A DNA stretch of 64,000 nucleotides, taken from Hormiphora californensis (lineage: Eukaryota > Animalia > Ctenophora). Location: contig CM035355.1 of assembly GCA_020137815.1 (NCBI GenBank), positions 1,736,001-1,800,000 on the forward strand. The letters are read 5' to 3'. Under the pieces are notes generated by a model. It searched no databases. It was not told the origin of the DNA and saw nothing but the letters and a program-made list of their open reading frames with translations. This document shows positions 62,601-64,000 of this stretch, in pieces; within the stretch, counting starts at the first letter, position 1; every line of letters begins with the position of its first letter. The position numbers were made by a program, and so were the translations under genes.

Positions 62601-64000
62601 CTTAACAAACCCACCAACCCCCATCGGTATAACTTTCTTCGAGCAGGCAGCAGTACATTGCAGCCTGTTGACCACTTTTGTCAGCCGATTCCCCTTGTTT
62701 TCAACACCCTTCTGCTTGTCAGGACTCCCCTTCTCGGATTGAAAAGACCACAGGACCCCAAACTCAGTGCTCTTCTTGGCGGACCCCAGACTCTTCCTCT
62801 TAGAGGTTGAGGGGGTATCAGGGAATCTGTCGAGTGCTACAGGTGACTGGTCAGGAGTTACAAAGGGTGGATCCTCCGTCTCAGAGGTGTCCATAGGCTC
62901 CTCCACTGAGGTGTCCATTGGGGTCTCTTTACTAGGCGTTCCTTCTTTTTGAGGTGTTCCTTCCTTTTCAGGTGTCCCCTTCTTCTCCTTCTCGGGTGTT
63001 TTGTCTGTTGATTTCTGGGGTGTTTTGTCTGTTGATTTCTGGGGTGTTCCCTCGGGGGTGCTGCTAGGAACCTCTGTAGTCCAATCTGAGAAGTAGGAAG
63101 GGGTTAGTAATACTGTTTATAAACTAAAATATAGTTTATCTTGTTCGACTGTCACAAATACTGTAAAGGAAGGTTAGAAAAAGGTTTAGTTTGACAAACC
63201 CAACTAACACGACGCAGCTCTACCCAATTAGTGGGTCTCAATACCCCAAAACGTACCATTTGTAAAGATGACATGTCTGATGTGAGACTCCAAGAAAGCT
63301 AAACAGGCCGCCAGGTGATGTGCAGATGTGGCTCTCAGAACAGCAGTCTCCCAACTGCTAACCCTCTTAGCCCAGGAGTCGTGCATAAAGTATTTGGGAA
63401 TCTTGCCCGCCATGTTTAGCAGTGTGTTCCTCATTAACTTCAACTGATGAGAGATAGGAATCAGGGGATGCAGGGGAGACGGGGGGTCAGAGTGGTCAGT
63501 GGTCAGAGTGTATATTTGATTGTCGACTAAGTTTTAGAAACCAATATGAACTAACTTAGTTCAACTAAGTGGGACCCTGGCGTTTACAAAAACTGCAGAT
63601 CTACCGTCTACCTGGAATCGTTATCACCACTAGACCAACAAGAGCAATAATAACAGACCTGGGTAATTTCATTACCAAACCTTATACCTGGTCGGGTGAA
63701 GAGGCTTTCCAGACAAGTTGTTCCCTGAGAGATTTGGTTTCCATGGCAACTTGGGTAGCTAGCTCTTCCCCAACTTTATCACATGTCGCTTTCCCTCTGT
63801 ATCTAGATAGAGGGGAGGGTGGTTTAGTATCTAACCGAATCTGTGGGGTGCTGTATAATTCTGAGGTCTGACCAAGCTGCAATGTGAACTACCATCAATT
63901 GTGATATCATCAGATTTGTGACGTCAGAACTTACTTGAGATATAGGCGGTCTGATCCAAAGGCGAACTTCTCCTCTGAAGCGTGTCTGAAGGTTGTGAGA
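56614..64000 (-). CDS. BPTF: BPTF/NURF301-like nucleosome-remodelling factor subunit, 3' part (5' end beyond the window)
   Basis: Two C-terminal PHD fingers (LYCICKRPYD..FYIGCDMCNNWFHGKCV; FCICRTPY..FYIGCDNCQEWYHGTCV) followed by a bromodomain (MSWPFREP...EPMDL...YFVAKL); upstream segment IPKYFMHDSW...LAACLAFLESHIRHVIF is NURF301-like. I could not resolve exon phases around 59170-62110. Confidence 0.85.
59247..60467. repeat. Compound tandem repeat in a BPTF intron: 467-bp unit x2, (TATGGT)n, and a unit of about 138 bp x2 ending in a GC hairpin
   Basis: ACCTCGACCAAAACGCGGAG at 59247 and 59714; TTTTCATCTGGTATTAAGGGCC...GGGGCCTTGCCAGGCCCC occurs twice. Confidence 0.9.
60470..61706 (-). CDS. Possible unknown gene nested on the same strand in a BPTF intron (fragmented by frameshifts)
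   Basis: Exon-like blocks with GT-AG borders: MHLRRSLDIADIATLVIFVLPIAILNYIIG..., MLHSHILWSEINN..., LNVFQSSNYFRDETLQ...; I do not recognise these as BPTF. Confidence 0.35.

Overview
Gene-dense, intron-containing eukaryotic (animal) genomic DNA. A ctenophore origin is my inference from the LDLa-GPCR type, the many nested genes and the splice acceptors just before start codons. In order, the window holds: the 3' half of an L2/CR1-type LINE; NDUFA5; glycogenin; a membrane-anchored MINPP1-like phosphatase (-); MOCS3; an SMIM4-like gene; RIOK1 (8.9-24.0 kb), whose introns carry three whole genes (an antisense LDLa-GPCR plus same-strand anoctamin and acid lipase); CAPSL (-), with a nested F-type lectin; an SLC18B1-like MFS transporter; an unknown alpha-helical protein with a C-terminal Schlafen/AlbA_2 domain (-); KIF19-like kinesin-8; and the 3' part of BPTF (-). 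Several non-autonomous DNA transposons have clear ends. Most notable: (1) a hAT-type MITE inside the GPCR coding sequence whose ends plus target-site duplication form an in-frame GT-AG intron (introner-like); (2) operon-like spacing plus same-strand nested intronless genes, which SL trans-splicing could resolve; (3) the Schlafen-domain protein; (4) a tandem Helitron inside a fold-back Kolobok-like element. Assembly quality is limited. There are repeated +1 insertions in conserved genes, and the sequence near 25.4-27.8, 33.2-33.9 and 44.5-45.7 kb is low-complexity and probably artefactual. Exon boundaries were read by eye.
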